In this document: positions 10,763 to 20,355 of the stretch, piece after piece
Layout: each line of letters opens with the position of its first letter
Numbering within the stretch: the stretch's first letter is position 1
Program-made: the position numbers and the translations under genes
IMG/VR virus record: IMGVR_UViG_3300000228_000002
Coordinates: 32,001-96,000 of that record
From: a virus
DNA length: 64,000 nucleotides
Direction: 5' to 3' (one strand)
The notes under the pieces: model-generated
Seen by the model: only the letters and a program-made list of their open reading frames with translations
The model's database searches: none
Told to the model about the DNA's origin: nothing

Positions 10763-11314
10763 TTATCTACCTTGGTAAGCTGATACTACTTTTTGCCACA
10801 CTTCGAACTCTTTCTTAGTATCGGCATCGGACTTAGATGCTTCCAACCTATCCGAGATAAGAATATTAACGTTGCTATCCTGGAATGCCTGATCTCTCAT
10901 AAATGAAAGTTCTTCTATTGGCTTTCTTATGACAGTCATCAATCGGTTTAATTCTCTTAATGAGTCAAATCTTCTATCTTCCCCTATGATTTCATCTCTA
11001 AATTGCTCATAGTTCTGAGTCTCTTTATCTAGTTCTGCAATCTTTTTGTCGGTATTGGTGGTGATGTTTGCAGCCAAAATTTTGAGTAGTGCATCCCTGT
11101 CTGTGGTATCGTTATTGATCTTAATATTCTGGCGAAGTCTCTGCAGAATCTTCTGTTTGGTTGCCTGTTGTTGTAGAATAAGGTATGCTTCAAAATGGTC
11201 TGATATAATGTTGGTCTGATCAGTCTGCGAATCATAGTACTCTGGCTTCTCGGAAGAGACTTTCTTATTATCATCTACAATCTTCAATTCGTCGTTTGTT
11301 AGATTAATGGCCAT
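10763..11314 (-). CDS. Hypothetical helical protein (structural operon)
   Basis: 183-aa ORF tightly packed in the baseplate operon. Confidence 0.6.
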   Translation of the reverse strand: MAINLTNDELKIVDDNKKVSSEKPEYYDSQTDQTNIISDHFEAYLILQQQATKQKILQRLRQNIKINNDTTDRDALLKILAANITTNTDKKIAELDKETQNYEQFRDEIIGEDRRFDSLRELNRLMTVIRKPIEELSFMRDQAFQDSNVNILISDRLEASKSDADTKKEFEVWQKVVSAYQGR

Positions 11315-11322
11315 TATACACC

Positions 11323-13485
11323 CTATACCGGAACTACAAATTTTCTAATGTTGACTAATGATCCTGACATCAGGGTGCTAGCAGTCTGACCCATACATGT
11401 AGCCCCATTTCTAAAGGTGTCAAGTCTATCAGGTGCAGTGTTGATTTCAGCTCTTAGACTGCCAAGACTACCGCTAAAGGCTGTGAATCCCGCACCTTGA
11501 GCACCGACAATGCTACGTATTTCCCGTAGATATTTGATTGCATCGTCCGTCAACAATTGCGGGGCCTTAATAGTGCAAAACGGTGGAATATAACTGTTAG
11601 CTGAGCCAATGAAACCGTCTATCATAGCTAAAGGCTTACACAAGAGTTCGTCTATGAGAGGAATTAACCGATTTAGAAGCAAAGCTACTAGCTGGTTGAT
11701 CTTCTCAGCTAGTGCTATAATCAAAATTTCCAGAGCTTCCAGGACGCCAGTGTTTAGACCGATGTTGAAGTCAACAGCACACTTGAATACAGATGAATCA
11801 AAGTTTCCTTGACCAATTAGGGTCAAGTACTTGGAAATAAATTCTGCTAATTTCCTCTTCAAAGGTGCAATCTGGGCCAGTAGCTTGTCTCTCAACTGGT
11901 TTACCATGCGAATGGCAGTTTGAGCAGCAGTGGCTATGGCTTTCATCACGTTCTCAATCACTACCCCGATAGTCCTATCGTATAATGCCTTGAGATCTTC
12001 CAAAATCTTGTCTAGTTCACCTATCTTTAGAGTGACATTAAAGTTCTTCATGTAATCAGTTCGTTGGAGTGCTATAAACCCTGGAGTGGTATAGCACGGG
12101 TACCCTTGAACTGGGGTAGCTGGGGGCAGAACTTCGATCAATACTCTACCAGTAAGGGTAGTCATAGTCAATATGAGCTGATCAAGAACTTGCGCTGTCA
12201 GTGTACCACTATTAATGTCTTGTGCAGTCAAAATGTCTGACAGACAAAACAAGATTATAGCATAATTTTGATCTCTCAAAGGTACTTGTGTATTCAACTT
12301 TCTGCTAGAAGGACCACTATCACCGGCTAACTGTGCCATAGTGGACATAAACAACTGCAGTAACTCGTCATCGGTTGCATCCAGGTCGATACCCAAGACG
12401 TATCTCTGGTTGAGTAGAAGATACTCTATCTGGGCATCAGTAAGCCTAGTACGTAGCTTTGCTAAAGTATCAAATTCCGTTACAACCGAGACCTCTGTCA
12501 GAAAGACCGAGATAAGTTGTTTAATTGACATTTCTATCTCTGTCAAAGATTGTTCAATTCGACTCTTCGTAGAGACTGGGTTAATGGAATTAAATCTAGA
12601 TTTGTAATACTCTAGAGATGTCAATAATTCACCACTGGGAGTTTTGACTTCCTGGAATAGTGGGGAGATCACACCCAAATTCGAAGATGGGTCCTCACCA
12701 TCCAGAATAGACGGAAGTTCCTCCTCAAACCCTTGACTGATCCACTTATTGATTACCGATGTTGTATTTTTTGCCGAACCCTTATGGAGTACCGTGCCAG
12801 TAATTTCTTTAATGTTAAACCCAAATCTCTGAGGTATTTCTGCATCAGTCAAATCTGGAACCAATAGTGGTTCCTTTTTGACTACAAGAACAGATCTATC
12901 TGGAAGTTCGACGTAGTCGGATCTGGTTATGGTGTTGTCATTAATACGAGTTCTTATGTCAGTTAGAGACAAACTCTGATTTCCCACATCCGGATCTAAG
13001 ATGTTGGAAGTTATCTGGAATCTGTAAGACACATCCGTTTGTCTGGTTATTTCAGCTTCCAGTTTCACAAGATCCCTACCAGTGGCATTGAATGCTCTTC
13101 TTAGGGTCTCAATATTATCAGGATGTACAGAATCTATGGTTGGCTTTTTGAAGTATATGCCATTACTTAGGACACATGCTGTATTGTCGAAGATGTAACG
13201 TTCGTCATCTTCTTGTGTATTAGGCCCGTCGATCCCAAATAGTGGTGGAAGTTGATCTACATACTGAATAGTAGAACCACCGCTATCACCAGCAGATAAC
13301 ATGTCTTGCAGACTCTCTTCGGCAGTGTCAATATCGGATTCAATGCCTTGATCAACGATTAATTGTTCAATACTGGCTATCGTGTCGTTGGCTTGTTCGA
13401 ATAGTTCTCCTAGCTCATCTGTGATAAGCTTCGAAAGGGTTTCTGTACTATCTATTGAACAATTGATTGGGGTTCTAGCTGCCAT
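11323..13485 (-). CDS. Hypothetical virion protein
   Basis: 720-aa first gene of the baseplate operon, with an amphipathic helical C-terminus. Confidence 0.6.
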   Translation of the reverse strand: MAARTPINCSIDSTETLSKLITDELGELFEQANDTIASIEQLIVDQGIESDIDTAEESLQDMLSAGDSGGSTIQYVDQLPPLFGIDGPNTQEDDERYIFDNTACVLSNGIYFKKPTIDSVHPDNIETLRRAFNATGRDLVKLEAEITRQTDVSYRFQITSNILDPDVGNQSLSLTDIRTRINDNTITRSDYVELPDRSVLVVKKEPLLVPDLTDAEIPQRFGFNIKEITGTVLHKGSAKNTTSVINKWISQGFEEELPSILDGEDPSSNLGVISPLFQEVKTPSGELLTSLEYYKSRFNSINPVSTKSRIEQSLTEIEMSIKQLISVFLTEVSVVTEFDTLAKLRTRLTDAQIEYLLLNQRYVLGIDLDATDDELLQLFMSTMAQLAGDSGPSSRKLNTQVPLRDQNYAIILFCLSDILTAQDINSGTLTAQVLDQLILTMTTLTGRVLIEVLPPATPVQGYPCYTTPGFIALQRTDYMKNFNVTLKIGELDKILEDLKALYDRTIGVVIENVMKAIATAAQTAIRMVNQLRDKLLAQIAPLKRKLAEFISKYLTLIGQGNFDSSVFKCAVDFNIGLNTGVLEALEILIIALAEKINQLVALLLNRLIPLIDELLCKPLAMIDGFIGSANSYIPPFCTIKAPQLLTDDAIKYLREIRSIVGAQGAGFTAFSGSLGSLRAEINTAPDRLDTFRNGATCMGQTASTLMSGSLVNIRKFVVPV

Positions 13486-13533
13486 ATTCGTTAAGTTAAT
13501 TCTGCTTTCTCTTTATCAGGGTTAATTTCAAGT

Positions 13534-14406
13534 ATGATTTTCCACGATGTAGGGAGAGGGTCGGCATCGGCTTACTTCCAGAAAGTAAGCCAAGGTCTAA
13601 ACAAAATTCGATCCGAAGCAGAGGTTGAGAAACGCGACTTATCCTCAAGGGCTGCTCAACCTGGTTATCTGCCCAACCGTGTCCCATGGGTAATGAGTAC
13701 GACGGAGTGGCTAGAACAGGGCTGGGGAATCCAGTGGTGGTCGAATCCCTCCGACGTGACTTGGAATATTCGTCTGCGTCAATCCACCTCAAAAAATGCT
13801 AACTCTACTGTTACACACGTATGGGCTAATAATAATCGTGGTACACACTTTGATGAATTCGTACTGAACATGAATCTACAGTCTGGGAACTTGATTCCTT
13901 TTAATCGGAATAACCCGGTGGAGGCTTCTTCTAGAGAGAATGCCATCGCTCCAGGACTAGTAAATTTCTATGACTTTTTGAAGCTATTAGATGCCCCTAA
14001 GCTCACAGAAGATGGTAGAACAAACCACGTCATTATTAAGTATCATTCTAACATATTTCCATCTCTGACACTTATTGGCCAATTCGAAGCAGAAGGTGTT
14101 AGATTTAGTGATAATTCGAACGACCCAACCAACATTAGTGCTTGGTCTTGTTCGTTCATTGTGTACGATACTAATCCTAGAATATCCGATAACACACGTA
14201 ACACCATCAATAGCGATCTTCTTTCTACCACCTTGAGTAGAATGTATTATCCTGATCCTACAGGCGGTCTGCGTTTTGATACAGCTGAGGTTTACAATCC
14301 AAATAGTGGCGTTCCCGGTATCGATCCTCTAGGTCCTATTGAGCCTCAGCAGGCACCAGAGATTTCAGGTCTTTCATTTAATCCAATAACAGGGAAAAAG
14401 TTTTAA
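13534..14406 (+). CDS. Tail-tube-like/baseplate hub protein
   Basis: WSNPSDVTWN...H.W...NMNLQSG...LIGQF...FSD.SNDP...WSCSF.V resembles tube-fold baseplate initiator proteins. Confidence 0.5.
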   Translation: MIFHDVGRGSASAYFQKVSQGLNKIRSEAEVEKRDLSSRAAQPGYLPNRVPWVMSTTEWLEQGWGIQWWSNPSDVTWNIRLRQSTSKNANSTVTHVWANNNRGTHFDEFVLNMNLQSGNLIPFNRNNPVEASSRENAIAPGLVNFYDFLKLLDAPKLTEDGRTNHVIIKYHSNIFPSLTLIGQFEAEGVRFSDNSNDPTNISAWSCSFIVYDTNPRISDNTRNTINSDLLSTTLSRMYYPDPTGGLRFDTAEVYNPNSGVPGIDPLGPIEPQQAPEISGLSFNPITGKKF

Positions 14407-14418
14407 TAGGGGAACAAT

Positions 14419-15204
14419 ATGGCTAATGTAGCTAATCAAATCACTTTCGTAGACAAACAACCAAATGGTTACTCATACGCAGACTTCATGGATGGGAAGT
14501 GTTTTCTTACTCTGAATCACCTAAATTCTTTGGAGTCTTTTGTTGCTATTAGCAGAAACGGGAACGAAGAGCCAACAATTTACTTCGTCTCAAAGAAATA
14601 CTTGGACGATGCTATAACTCTACTTGGGGTTAGTATGCCAGCTTCTACAGAAATCTCGGTTACTGATGATTTCTTATCAATGGCTATCTTCAAAGTTGTT
14701 GATCAGGTTTCAGGTAAAGTCGATGCAGGAAGAACCAATTCTAGCTATTTGACTGCTCGTATAGTCAATACTAAACAGTATAGTGCCGGGATATTAGTGG
14801 AAGGTTCACAATACAACCTTGCTGAGGTAGCCTCTACCACTAGAGGGTTTGTCTTGGCAAAAGATCACTTCGGGGTACTTAAGGGTTTAATTGATAGCCC
14901 ACCAGTTGAAGAACTCCAATTAGTTGAATTTGATGCCATCCCAGATGCTGGTGCATTTTCTTTAACTATTGGCGAAAGTTCAACAGCTCCAGTAGCCTTC
15001 AATGAAGGTGCAGCTGAGCTACAACTTGCAATTCAGGCGATTGCTGGATATGAGACAGCTTCAGTTATGGGCGACTATACTGCAGGTTTCACATTGAATC
15101 TTGGGTTTGGTAATACTGCTCAGGCTACTGTAAACACCAACACGTTGACAGCTGTTGCTGTACCTGTTGTGATTACGATTAGTACGACTCAAGAAGGCAA
15201 TTAA
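14419..15204 (+). CDS. Virion structural protein with a C-terminal surface module
   Basis: The C-terminal GAFSLTIGESSTAPVAFNEGAAELQLAIQAIAG module also occurs in the 1..2523 ORF (GTFQITYNANSTANIAYNATLSQIQTAIRTLPG). Confidence 0.6.
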   Translation: MANVANQITFVDKQPNGYSYADFMDGKCFLTLNHLNSLESFVAISRNGNEEPTIYFVSKKYLDDAITLLGVSMPASTEISVTDDFLSMAIFKVVDQVSGKVDAGRTNSSYLTARIVNTKQYSAGILVEGSQYNLAEVASTTRGFVLAKDHFGVLKGLIDSPPVEELQLVEFDAIPDAGAFSLTIGESSTAPVAFNEGAAELQLAIQAIAGYETASVMGDYTAGFTLNLGFGNTAQATVNTNTLTAVAVPVVITISTTQEGN

Positions 15205-15210
15205 ACAATC

Positions 15211-15233
15211 AAGGGTAGTGAAAGCTACCCCTT
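15211..15233. terminator. Hairpin between convergent genes, likely a bidirectional terminator
   Basis: AAGGGTAG-TGAAAG-CTACCCCTT. Confidence 0.6.
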
Positions 15234-15498
15234 AAAGTTGTGCAAGTTGTGCTGCTCTGTCGGCTCGAATCTTATCCCAATACTTATCACTTATAATTCT
15301 ATCATTGGCCTCACCAAATGATGTCCAACTTCCACCTACACGCCAACTTGTTTTGTAGATTGAGCCACATCTGATAGCACTAGTCTTCTCGATCTCTGAT
15401 TTCTCCACACGTGATAGGCACTTATCATAGTAACTTGATGGTGTCTCAATCTCAACCACTAATTCTTCTTTAGCTTTCTTTGTAAATGGCCAAAACAT
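15232..15498 (-). CDS. Hypothetical protein
   Basis: GAGGT RBS before ATG 15498 (MFWPFTKK...). The longer start in the ORF track runs through the putative RNA. Confidence 0.65.
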   Translation of the reverse strand: MFWPFTKKAKEELVVEIETPSSYYDKCLSRVEKSEIEKTSAIRCGSIYKTSWRVGGSWTSFGEANDRIISDKYWDKIRADRAAQLAQL

Positions 15499-15520
15499 AT
15501 CTACCTCAGTAATAAGGAAA

Positions 15521-15701
15521 TGGGAGTAGGGCCAATAGAGGAACCAACATTTGAACAGGGCCTCTACTGAGAAACACCCGACAAGTGACAAGGGACAAAT
15601 CGGAAAATACCTCGACATTGCAACAAAAAATGCGTGAGGTTACACTTTCCAACCTGTTATTCATCCACTAGGGATGAAAAGTTCCTTCGATCCTACTCCC
15701 A
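15521..15701 (-). ncRNA. Putative structured RNA (~180 nt) directly 3' of the 188-aa gene
   Basis: Closing stem TGGGAGTAGG/CCTACTCCCA with nested AGGAAC/GTTCCT, TTCATCC/GGATGAA, AACAGG/CCTGTT, CCTC/GAGG and CCGA/TCGG stems, plus periodic TGT motifs. Confidence 0.6.
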
Positions 15702-15706
15702 CCCAG

Positions 15707-16273
15707 TTACAACAGACGTTTAGTCTGAAGTAATTTCGTTTTCACTGCATCTAATTTGATTTTGTTGGTAAGGTTCTTCTCGGCAATTTTGTCTTCGATA
15801 GTCTCAATAAGTTTTCTCTTCCCATGAATCTCATCTTCCATCACATCCATGAATTTCTGGTCAAAGACGTTAACTGTGATGTTCGATTTCGTCCCATATA
15901 CACTAGGACTTTTCATGACATCCACAGCCATTTGGAGTTCATCTGCTAGTTCTTTATCGGTTGGAGCACCACCAGTGATGGAGCCATATTCACTGATTTC
16001 TTTTTCGATGAATACTTTCTCATTAAGAAGTGAGTTGATACCTGATGTTTCGTTTTTGGCTTCTATTTGACGACGGATGTCGTATCGAATTTCGATAAGT
16101 TTGACTCTATCGATTAATTCTTTAGCTTTTGCTTGACCAGCATCTGCAAGAACCTTTTTGGCTTCGTCCAGTGTGTCATTAGCCCGAATTTTGACAGTAG
16201 TATCGAATCCTTTATCCAAATGCTTTTGAATATTGGCTTCAAGTTTCCGTGCTTTCTTAAGACTCATTTCCAT
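15707..16273 (-). CDS. Coiled-coil protein, DIP1984/septicolysin-like pattern
   Basis: MSLKKARKLEANIQ...LIEIRYDIRRQIEAKNETSGINSLL...IEDKIAEKNLTNKI, recognised by pattern only; strong GGAGG RBS. Confidence 0.5.
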   Translation of the reverse strand: MEMSLKKARKLEANIQKHLDKGFDTTVKIRANDTLDEAKKVLADAGQAKAKELIDRVKLIEIRYDIRRQIEAKNETSGINSLLNEKVFIEKEISEYGSITGGAPTDKELADELQMAVDVMKSPSVYGTKSNITVNVFDQKFMDVMEDEIHGKRKLIETIEDKIAEKNLTNKIKLDAVKTKLLQTKRLL

Positions 16274-16314
16274 GCTGGCCTCCCTACTTTTGATTAAGTG
16301 AAGTCTTTTATGGA

Positions 16315-17283
16315 CTAAGTTATGGGCTTGATCTCACCTTCCTTCTTAAGCTGTTTTGCAAGAAGGATAATGTAAGGATTAATAAAGCCTTGCTCGATAT
16401 GGAATGACAGAGTGTTAAGATCGTTAGGGCCTAGGATGTCGTTCAGAATCTCCGTAGGTGTAGGAAATCTACCTTTCTTGGTGATGATCTTGTCGAACAT
16501 CTCGATTCGAACGTGGTGAGTGAATTTATCCCCCAAGCCCACGAACTTGTCGAAGCCATATTCTTTCTCTACGTAGTCAATAACTGTTGCAGATTTTCCA
16601 AGTTTTGGATCTACACACACTGGGTGAATGTCCTTGGCAAACCCTTCATCACTAAGTTTGAGCCAGTCTTGTTCAATAGCCAAAAGAGTCTTCTCAAGTT
16701 CGATCTTATACTCGTTGATCTCAATTGAGGCTGAGGCTTTGGCAATAACGGTCAGAGTCTTCTTCATAGAAGTATTGTACTTTTTGTCCCCCATGATATG
16801 ATCCCATATTTTCCACTCTATTCCTACCAATTCCATATCAACATTGAATGGTTCAACTTCTTCGACCAATGGAACTGTGTTGAAGTAGTTAGACGAGAAC
16901 TCTTCTAATGTGAGGAGTCTATTAGAGTCCAAAATGTAATTAGACGTGGTAAGGTACCAGTTCATACAAAAGGTGTTCTTAAACATACGGAACATCATTG
17001 TCATGAATTGCTGATCGCAGTCTGGGAAGACAGTCTTGATTAGTCTGGCAAGATACTCTTTGAACTCATCGTACCCTACGTAAATCACAATTCTCTCATC
17101 AAACTCCTCAGAATAGCTTACACACTCTTCCACCGTTTGGAGGTCGATAGGTCTTGCCAAATGAGTCTTGATCAGAGAGGTAGATATTTCGTATGAGTCG
17201 GTCTTGAGAACGTAGGAGTGATTCTTCTTAAGAAGTCCTAGCTCAAAGGGTCTCATGTATACGTTCGAAAATAGGTGAATCAT
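16315..17283 (-). CDS. 'MIHL' family hypothetical protein, paralogue 1
   Basis: Begins MIHLFSNVYM; tandem paralogue of the next gene. Confidence 0.7.
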   Translation of the reverse strand: MIHLFSNVYMRPFELGLLKKNHSYVLKTDSYEISTSLIKTHLARPIDLQTVEECVSYSEEFDERIVIYVGYDEFKEYLARLIKTVFPDCDQQFMTMMFRMFKNTFCMNWYLTTSNYILDSNRLLTLEEFSSNYFNTVPLVEEVEPFNVDMELVGIEWKIWDHIMGDKKYNTSMKKTLTVIAKASASIEINEYKIELEKTLLAIEQDWLKLSDEGFAKDIHPVCVDPKLGKSATVIDYVEKEYGFDKFVGLGDKFTHHVRIEMFDKIITKKGRFPTPTEILNDILGPNDLNTLSFHIEQGFINPYIILLAKQLKKEGEIKPIT

Positions 17284-17284
17284 G

Positions 17285-18295
17285 TTACCACCTAGTAAAT
17301 GATAAGAGTTCAGGGTTCATAGTTTTTTTAACAAGAGCAGGTAGGAGCTGGTTATAACGAGCACCAGAATCGTAAAGTCTGGTCATGATCTCTAATTTGT
17401 CATCACCTATGATATCTGCATAGATTTCATCAACAGTGTAGTGACCAATTTCCTTAATACGTCTACAAATCGGGGATGAAACGTATCTTTTTCCTGTTAC
17501 TACTTCATCCACTTCCTTGGAAACTTCTACAAGATCGTAACCTAGCTGAGAGTTCTCGGATATCCTTCCCATGATTGGGTATTTTTGAACCATAAGTTCA
17601 TAGAAGTCTGATTTCATATCCCAATCGTTACAGTGAGAAAGTGCCCAAACCGTGTAGATCATACCAATGTGAACGGCTCGATCTTCGATCTTTTCATTAT
17701 ATAGAAATGGAATAAGTTCTTTAAGTCTCTTTTGGTAGTATTGATTACCCAAAATTGCATTCGATACTACGTGTTCATAACCTATTGATCTGTACAGTTC
17801 ATTAGGAAAAGTGAACTTCTTAATATCCATAGTTAGGAACTCTTCCTTTGGAATGTTCCAGTATGTGTCCACTAATGCTGTAGGATCGCATGAGGTGTTG
17901 TTGTCTCCGAAGACTTTAACTCGATCGAACTTGGTGAGCTCAAAGGATCTGTAGAACATGTAGATTTGGAAAAGTGTTTCTTTGCTAGCTTTATTGAACC
18001 CCGAGTACAGCCATCTGATTATGAACCTTCTAAAGTTTGGAGCATCCATGTAAAGGAGAGTTTTGATTTCTCCATTTTGGGATTCCTCATATAGCTTAAG
18101 GAAAGATGCTTCTTCCTGGACACCGTCATTACCAAACAGCTCTTCCATGGTGGTATATCGTCCACGCCACCGAGAATTTGTAGCTGAAATGAAGTTGTTC
18201 TTGCGATCCGGTGCACCGATGATAATGCCATCAGACCAATCGGGTTGCTGGGTTTCGAAATAAGTTAGATAGACGTTAGAATATAGATGAATCAT
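17285..18295 (-). CDS. 'MIHL' family hypothetical protein, paralogue 2
   Basis: Start at 18295 (MIHLYSNVYL) chosen by homology with paralogue 1. Confidence 0.7.
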   Translation of the reverse strand: MIHLYSNVYLTYFETQQPDWSDGIIIGAPDRKNNFISATNSRWRGRYTTMEELFGNDGVQEEASFLKLYEESQNGEIKTLLYMDAPNFRRFIIRWLYSGFNKASKETLFQIYMFYRSFELTKFDRVKVFGDNNTSCDPTALVDTYWNIPKEEFLTMDIKKFTFPNELYRSIGYEHVVSNAILGNQYYQKRLKELIPFLYNEKIEDRAVHIGMIYTVWALSHCNDWDMKSDFYELMVQKYPIMGRISENSQLGYDLVEVSKEVDEVVTGKRYVSSPICRRIKEIGHYTVDEIYADIIGDDKLEIMTRLYDSGARYNQLLPALVKKTMNPELLSFTRW

Positions 18296-18346
18296 ATAGT
18301 ATTTGTTCCTAGTTCTAAAACTAACTGTGATAATCCAAGGATTTTT

Positions 18347-18916
18347 ATGTTCAAGCATCTAACCAAAGATGGTATAGCGCAGTACGACAACCTTTTGAGT
18401 GCAGAAGAATGTCTTGAATTGATGACATTACAGAACAAGACTGGGCATCAGCATAATAGCTATGATAACACCCGAGAATACGATGTAGACGTTCCTCAAC
18501 ATTACACTGATCGCTTTACCAAAGTCTTTCGTGAGTACTTAAAGCACTACAACATCCTAGATATTTATCAGTACACCGGATCCAAGATGCAGTACACCAA
18601 CGGCGATATCCATGTACATTGCGACCTGGAACAGTACCACGATCAGCCACTACTTAGACATTTCTCGATCCTTATCTACCTGAATGGAGATGATATCGAA
18701 GGTGGTGAGTTAATCCTACCTAGACAAAAAGTCATAATTAAGCCGAAAACTGGCCAACTTATAATTTTTCCTATCGGTGTATTCTATCCACATATGGTTA
18801 ATGTCTGTTACACTGATGTCAAACGATGGGCCTTAAGACCATTTTGGTTGTTAGACCCTTACTCCCCACTATATTTGGATGCTCACTATAGATCATTCGT
18901 TGAGGAAGATAAATGA
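18347..18916 (+). CDS. 2OG-Fe(II) oxygenase, prolyl-4-hydroxylase-like fold
   Basis: HCD...SILIYLN.DDIEGGEL...KPKTGQLIIFP...YPHMV...KR: the HxD..H..R signature. AAGGA RBS before ATG 18347. Confidence 0.88.
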   Translation: MFKHLTKDGIAQYDNLLSAEECLELMTLQNKTGHQHNSYDNTREYDVDVPQHYTDRFTKVFREYLKHYNILDIYQYTGSKMQYTNGDIHVHCDLEQYHDQPLLRHFSILIYLNGDDIEGGELILPRQKVIIKPKTGQLIIFPIGVFYPHMVNVCYTDVKRWALRPFWLLDPYSPLYLDAHYRSFVEEDK

Positions 18917-19851
18917 AAAATTGCCAGGAACTATTCTCTAAAGGTTATGCAGAAGTTGATAGCCTAGAAGAGTGGGAAAATTCTGAAACGTATTGTTATG
19001 TATCATCGATATATAACAAACTGATCAAGAGAGACAAGACAAGCCCTAACTTTATCAATGTGTACGAGAGAAATGGCAAGCTTCTAATCGTGGATAACGT
19101 CTTCTATGATCGCTTCCCTTTACTGACTCCCATTGCATCTTATGTACCAGAGACTCTAGACTATGACACGGATAAGTGGGAGAAAGGCTCCCGTTTGCCT
19201 TTTGCTGTGACTCTGGATAAATACGGGTACTTCGTATCCTATCAGGATAGCGAATTCAAGGACGATCACCCTGATGAGATGTTCCACCTGGGGATCGACA
19301 AGAGACCTGGGGGCCGGGGCCAAAAGATCGGATACTCCCTGGACTACCTTATCGCTCGCAGCCCAGACTTCGAAAAATTTATACACCCGAGGGTCAACTC
19401 GATCCTCATGAAGGGGTATAATAACATGATCGAACTGGCTCACGATAACTTCTCCCTAACCAGATGTACCAACTTCAATCCTTCCTATCAGAAGATGGTT
19501 AAGGGTTATAGGATGGACAGGCACATTGATACCAATGCTGGGGATGCCTTCACTGTGACCTATATCAGTTACCAGATGGATCAGGCACAGAGGATCGAGG
19601 GTCGAGAGATCCTATTCGGCAAGAGATCTGAGAAAGATCTAAACCGTTGGATCGACGACCAAAACCGTAGTGACATCTTACCGGACGATGACATCTCAAG
19701 CCCTGAGATGTTCGAGGATTATGCATGGATCAAACCTAGACACGGTCTGACATTATACGTCAATAGCTGGAATCCAATCTTCTATCATGGAATTAACAAA
19801 TTGGAAAGCGACTCTAAGGTGTACACAGTAATCAACAACTTCAAGTGGTAA
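18913..19851 (+). CDS. Divergent 2OG-Fe(II) oxygenase with an N-terminal extension
   Basis: MDRHID...IEGREILFG...IKPRHG...FYHGI. Confidence 0.7.
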   Translation: MKNCQELFSKGYAEVDSLEEWENSETYCYVSSIYNKLIKRDKTSPNFINVYERNGKLLIVDNVFYDRFPLLTPIASYVPETLDYDTDKWEKGSRLPFAVTLDKYGYFVSYQDSEFKDDHPDEMFHLGIDKRPGGRGQKIGYSLDYLIARSPDFEKFIHPRVNSILMKGYNNMIELAHDNFSLTRCTNFNPSYQKMVKGYRMDRHIDTNAGDAFTVTYISYQMDQAQRIEGREILFGKRSEKDLNRWIDDQNRSDILPDDDISSPEMFEDYAWIKPRHGLTLYVNSWNPIFYHGINKLESDSKVYTVINNFKW

Positions 19852-20353
19852 CTAGATCAGGTGTGTCTCTACTGCGATAGTGAACTCTGATGGGTAGTCT
19901 CTTGTGAGCTTTGCCTTACCATCGATCTTCGATTCCCATACTCCACAATTCTCTGGAAGAGCATAAATATGAAGTTCGGGTTTATCCATTAGGAAACAGT
20001 CGAGCTTCAACTCATAATTTCTGTAGCCATCAGTATACAAATCAATCCCGCCCAAGTTCCTAAATGCTCAAACTGCATGTTAGTGGGCTTTTTCGGTTCG
20101 AACCTTTTTCCAAGATTCGGACAAGAGATAATGTCGGTCCAACAAATGAAAGGGATTACCAATTTGGCAATATCTTGATTTCTTTCTCTTTTGAATTCGT
20201 ACTTCAGATTATGTAGATATTCTGCTGTGAAGCCAGTACCTGGAACTTTGAATTTACTAAGGCTATTGAAGAACATATCTCTGCAAAAATCATAGGCGAT
20301 TGTTTGCTCTTCAGAAATGCTTCCGAGATTGCTTCTCTCTGTACCTGATCCAT
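19852..20353 (-). pseudogene. Frameshifted gene, possibly a capsid-protein-like paralogue
   Basis: ATG 20353 plus the 89-aa and 67-aa ORFs join into one protein if one base is restored near 20313 and one near 20052. Confidence 0.5.
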
Positions 20354-20355
20354 AT

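Noticed and set aside
7113-15204. Baseplate cluster as an extracellular contractile injection system or T6SS
   Set aside because: It is embedded among phage replication genes, tRNAs, homing endonucleases and dense small ORFs, so a phage is the simpler reading.
18347-18916. P4H-like oxygenase as the hydroxylase of the collagen fibre
   Set aside because: Pro in the fibre is almost always in the X position (GPQ/GPT), whereas collagen P4H targets Y-position Pro, so there is no direct support.
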